Assembly (NCBI GenBank): GCA_050273025.1
Contig: CP158635.1
Coordinates: forward strand, 21,948,001-22,012,000
Length of the DNA: 64,000 nt
DNA from: Cenococcum geophilum
Lineage: Eukaryota
Direction: 5' to 3'
The translations under genes were made by a program, and so were the position numbers. The notes beneath the pieces were generated by a model that worked only from the letters and a program-made list of their open reading frames with translations, ran no database searches and was not told the DNA's origin. This document shows positions 59,191 through 64,000 of the stretch, in pieces; position 1 is the stretch's first letter; the number at the start of each line of letters is the position of its first letter.

Positions 59191-62100
59191 TATTTCTACT
59201 GCAAAGATATTAGTTCCACTCACCGCCCTCAGCCAAGCTAATAGCAATTTTCTATCCCGGGAATAGAAAATCCTAATTAGTCCGTTCAACGATAGAGCCG
59301 GCAGAATTCTATACCGCCACACCATTCTGCCTACCCGTCTTCCTATAGCAATATTCTGCAATATTCGGCATATTGCCGCGACATTGCCGTAATATGCCGT
59401 ACATTGCCGTCTACCGTTCTACTATGTTGCTAAGCCTAATATAGAGTAGAGACTTCATACTTTCGGACTACGGAAATCGCTCTTATTTTAACTTAATTCT
59501 TTATAGGTAGCAGGCGCTTCGCTAGTGGGTACCGGGTAGGATTCAGGCCAGATCTCTAAAGTTTAGGCCTAAAAAGCCTTATAAACGCTAGAATATCGCC
59601 TAGATCCCGCCCTATAAGCCTATACCCTCTATAATTAATATACTTAAAATGGACTATAACCTATTTATGCCGTGCGAGAGATAGATATCACGTGTCTATA
59701 CATTACTTGGCCGAAAACCCTGCAACTTAGGTATTTAACCAGATGTTTAACACGGTTAATAATATCATCACTTATAACTGCACTTAATAGGTCGTTCTTT
59801 TTACCTACCTACCCCCCTTACAATGTACATTAGATTAGATACTTGCAGTCCTATTTAGGTCTAGCGGTGGGCTACCCTATTAGGGGTACTGGGTAGGATT
59901 CAGGCCAGATCTCCGAAGTTTAGGCCTAAAAAGCCTTATAAACGCTAGGATATCGCCTAGATCCCGCCCTATAAGCCTGCACCCTCTACAATCAATATAC
60001 TTAAAATGGACTATAACCTATTTATGCCGTGCGAGAGATAGATGAAGTTATAGTGTAGCCTAAATCCCTATACATCCGGTAGCTCTAATTGCTCCATAAG
60101 CTTGTAGACGTTCCGCTAGCTATTTAACTATTTGTTAATATTCTACTTTTTATTATAGGCTTTTAGAGCCGTGTATTAATTGAGGACGTTGTGCTTTTAA
60201 CCCGAGGAGGTAGGGGCTAGAGCTTTCTTAAGTGCTTATAGCCGTTTGTATACCGTATTAAGGCTATTAATAAGTAGAAGGTAGGCTACTGATGTGGTGC
60301 GGATAATATAGTTGCTGATATTATTTATAGCCTATTTTTACTTCTTATATACGCGTAAATTGTCCTTGTATTCGGCGTAGAGCTAGTTATAGGCAGTGAG
60401 CTTAATTTGGTCCAGTTGAGCTATTAATATAGCATTAGGAAGTACGTCCGCTGGTATAGGTTAATACGGTAGTTCTAGCTTTAGAAGCTTGTTTTTTATA
60501 AATAGGTTGATGTACTACTATACCTCATTAGTTATAGCTATGTCTTAGATAATAAAGAACCACTATATTCAATTAGAAGGCTAGTTAAGGATAAGGTTAA
60601 CTTTTAATTCGTTTATAGTTATCATTTTTAGAATTTGTGGGGTCAGGCAGGATCCAATTGGTAGCTTAGCAAAAACCTTATTTTGACGTTTCAAACTTTT
60701 AATTTAATTCGTTAGTTCGTTCGTCGGTTAAGTACGTATAGTCGTTAACTAGGGTTAATCATCTATTTGTTTAGTATTTGAAGAAGCTTAAGACACTGCA
60801 AAGGTAGTAAAAGTAGTGACTTCTTAAATATAGTAGTAGATTAATTGCTTAGCAGGTAGTGCAATCTGGGCTTATAACTATAAGCTTTATAGTACGAAGA
60901 ATTAAATAAACAACTTGATTGTAAATGTAGCTCTAAAGTATTTATATATACACGAATAAAGGTAGGTCACTAGTACCCCTTAATCTTATCCTTAATATAC
61001 TCGTAATTAACATTTTAGGCTAATTAAAGCCGGCTATAACTATTGCGGTCCACAGTACGTAATACAGCAGTGTTTGTAACGTAGTACTGGTAGTTAGTTA
61101 CACTTGGACTCTAAGCAGCCTTTATTATTGGGGACTCCTAATATATGCGACTCTTAGTGTGCGGACCCCCTGCGGCTTGGCGTTCGAGGGCGAACGCGTA
61201 GAGGGGAGGGCAATTGTAAGAGTATATATATTAGTTCCCGCCGCGCTTGCGAACAAGTTCGGAAGCACTCCGTGTCTTTTTGGCCGAATGGCGACGTTGG
61301 GGCGGGAAACGTTACAATACTATAGCTAAAAATATTCCTTATAGAAGAATGCCTAGATAAATAATAGTAGTGGAAATATCTAAAAAAACACGTATCTATA
61401 GTATATTAAAGAAAAGAAATTAATAAAGTATTAACTTAAAGAGGATTAAGTATAAACGGGATTTAGTAGCTAATAGTTAGGAAAAGGAGAGGTTTATAAA
61501 ACTAGAAGGAGCTAGTAGTAGAGCCTTAAACCCTTAAAGGAATTTAAGGATAATACCTAAATTTACGAGTTAATTAGTAATATTAGTAGTTTAAAGTACT
61601 AATAGATAGTAGAGCAATAAGGAACTATATCTTATTAGTAGTAATAAAAAATAGAGCTACTATATAGATAAAAGGAATACCCTTATCTACTAGTTATAAT
61701 TTTAGGAGATTAAATAGCCTATAGAGGGGGCATTATTAATCTTAAAATAGGATCTATTTAAATAACTATTAAAGAGAGACTAATTAGAAGATCTTTTAAT
61801 ATCCTACTATTAGGACGGAATAAGGCAGTATTAGGTATACCTTAGTTATAGAAATATAACCTAAAGATTAATTAAGTTATAGGTTAAGTTAATATTAGGG
61901 ATATGTAACGCTATAAAACGTAATAATAAACTAAGTTAGTACAGTACTAAGTCGGAGCAATATATAAAGAAACTAAGTAAGGCTTAAGTTCTATACTAAA
62001 GAAATACTATAAGTATAGTAAAAAGCTATTAGAGTATATAGTATAAAACTATAAAATAGAATTAGAACTAGGAATAAGTCTAAGATTTTTATAATTTATA

Positions 62101-64000
62101 AGCTAACTAAAGAAGAGTTAAAAGTACTTAAAGAGTTTATCTAGGAGAATCAATAAAAGGAATATATTAGACTATTATAGTTATTAGCGGGTCATCCAGT
62201 ACTATTTATACCAAAGAAGAACGGGAAAACTTAGGTTATACATTAACTATAAGTAGTTAAACAGTATTACTTAGAAGGATAGATATCCTTTACCCTTAAT
62301 TAGTAAAATCTAAAATAAGATAAGTAATACGCAAATCTTTATAAAGATAGATCTAAAATAGGCGTACTATTAGATTAGGATTAAGAAAGGTAATAAATAA
62401 AAGGCGGCCTTTAGGTTAAAGAAAGGACTATATAAGCTATTAGTTATATAATTTAAACTTATAAACGCACTAGTAATATTCTAAAAGCAAAGTAATAATA
62501 TATTAAAAGAATGCTTAAATAAATTTGTTATAGTATACTTTAATAACATTATTATCTACTTAATAAGTAAGGAAGAATATAGAGAATATATTAGATAGGT
62601 TTTAAAGAGACTATAAAAGGAGCAAATACTAGTAGTAATTAAGAAATGCGAGTTCTTTACAAAAAAGAATTTTTTTATTAGATTTATTATTAAACTAGAT
62701 TATATTAATATAGACCTAAAGATAATTAAAGCTATAGTAAGTTAGCAAGAACTAGAGAATATATTATAGTTTAAATTGTTTCTAGCGTTTTATAACTACT
62801 ATAAAAGGTTTATTATATAATAGTTAAAGAATATTAAGCTATTTATAAGGCTTATAAAGAAAGAGAAACTATAGGTATAAGGAAATAAGCAAAAGAAGCT
62901 ATTTTAAAAACTTAAGGAATTATTTACCTAGGAACTAATCCTTAAAATATACTAACTAAAGTTAGAGATAGTTATAGAAACGGATATATTAGACTTTATA
63001 CTTAAAGTATATTTACTATAAAAGCACTAAAACATATAGTATCTAGTAATATACTATAGTTAAAAGATAATACTACTAGAGTTAAACTATAACATTTATA
63101 ATAAGGAGTTATTAGGTATAGATATAACACTTAAAAAAAAGAGTATTCTTATAAGGCATAGATAAACTATTTATAGATAAGATAAATTATAAAAATCTAA
63201 CGGGGTTCCTAACTATAAAAGAATTTAACTATAAATAAGTTAAATAGGTAGAGATGCTTACAGAATACGATTTTAAAATTCGGTATACTAAGGGCATAGA
63301 AAATACAAGAGCAGATATACTAAGTAGAAAGGCTAAATTATAGGACAATAAAAAGCTATTAGGGGCTATATTACGAAAAATAAAGACAGATTAATTAAGT
63401 ATAACTATCTAAAGATATAATAACTTAGGAAGAATGGACCTATAAGGTACTAAAGAGTATATAGTCTTAAAAGATCTAAGAAGTATAGGATAAGGATTTA
63501 GACTTAGAGTAATATACGTACTAAAAAGTATTATAGAAAAATTTATTAAAGATTTCTATAAGGGAATAATATAAGGATATAACGGAGCTACGGGCTTAGT
63601 ATTAAGACTCTAAAAGAAGTATATTATTTAAGGAATTTAAGGCTTAACAAGATAGGTTATAAAGGAATATATAAATTATTAGAGAGATAAACTAATAAGA
63701 TATAAGCTATATAGAGGGCTACAACCTATTAAAATACTAAAACGCCTATAGGAGATAATATTATAAGACTTTATTATAAAGTTGCTAAAGTTAAAAAACC
63801 CTATTACTAAATAGGCCTACTTTATAGCATATATAGAAGAAATCTTAGCAAAAGATATTGCTAAAATCTATATTAAGGAAGTGTTTATAAGATATAGAGT
63901 ATTAATAAAGACTATATTAAATAGAGATCTAAAATTTATAGTAGTATTTTAAGAAGTATTTTTTAGCGAAATAAGGGGTTTGCGTAATAATATTAACGGC

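Larger units (their letters stand above)
55022..60043 (+). mobile_element. Ngaro-type tyrosine-recombinase (DIRS order) retrotransposon, ~5.0 kb, RIP-degraded
   Basis: Split direct repeats A1 55022-~55138, B1 59527-59686, A2 59687-~59802, B2 59884-60043. gag with Cys/His finger (~56070-56170). RT (DIKDAF ~56770, LPFGL..AP, HYL..F ~56965) and RNase H. Copia-D gag rejoins across a short shared (g/a)at core. Confidence 0.92.
30236..61102 (-). mobile_element. Ty1/Copia 'Copia-D' (~5.5 kb when rejoined), in four pieces: 30236-31435, 45749-48532, 54586-55021, 60044-61102
   Basis: 224 bp LTRs at 30236-30459 and 60879-61102. TSD attgg/cttgg. PPT (ccccccc on plus) at 30462. PBS gttataagcccag on minus. 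RT FFY.D.I near 45925, integrase and gag on minus. Confidence 0.9.
29977..61316 (+). mobile_element. TRIM-like miniature LTR retrotransposon (468 bp when rejoined), inflated to 31.3 kb by nested insertions
   Basis: 102 bp LTRs at 29977-30078 and 61215-61316 (2 differences, tgtaa...ttaca). Perfect TSD ATACT. PPT gaggggaggg before the 3' LTR. Own interior is only 30079-30235 plus 61108-61214 and is non-coding. Confidence 0.9.
29215..64000 (+). mobile_element. Ty3/Gypsy 'Gypsy-B', very heavily RIPed, no 5' LTR seen, runs off window; own sequence ~29215-29976 and 61322-64000
   Basis: RT (LFIPKKNG..LC..Y..LN..T.KDRYPLPLI ~62200-62300; YLDD-derived motif ~62535), RNase H ~62950-63330, integrase from ~63500. 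~29790-29840 reverses to H..LSW.AC.D..C..H, a gag-pol-like motif. Assignment of the left part is weaker. Confidence 0.72.

Overview
Filamentous-ascomycete DNA: a roughly 6 kb GC-balanced island holding one intact 7-exon NLR-like gene (minus strand, 28733-23098, about 1748 aa; NWD/NACHT-N-type domain, NACHT, about 24 ankyrin repeats) sits between two deeply nested transposon stacks degraded by RIP. Left stack: a hAT remnant is interrupted by a Ty3/Gypsy chromovirus. That Gypsy holds a TA-target MITE and an LTR-less fragment of a second Gypsy family; the fragment holds a GalEa-type Copia, which holds a Helitron2-like element carrying a Copia gag fragment. Right stack: a Gypsy holds a 468 bp TRIM with a self-priming signature. 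The TRIM holds a Copia, which holds a second Copia (itself carrying a pogo/Fot1 transposon and a full Gypsy), a GalEa Copia and an Ngaro-type tyrosine-recombinase retroelement. Most boundaries were placed from LTRs, TIRs and target duplications read by eye. The most notable observations are CCAAT-plus-palindrome modules shared between unrelated retroelement superfamilies, the self-priming TRIM, and the structured, RIP-exposed but intact ankyrin array. No rRNA, tRNA or CRISPR was seen. Family names rest on motifs after mentally reversing RIP changes, not on database searches.
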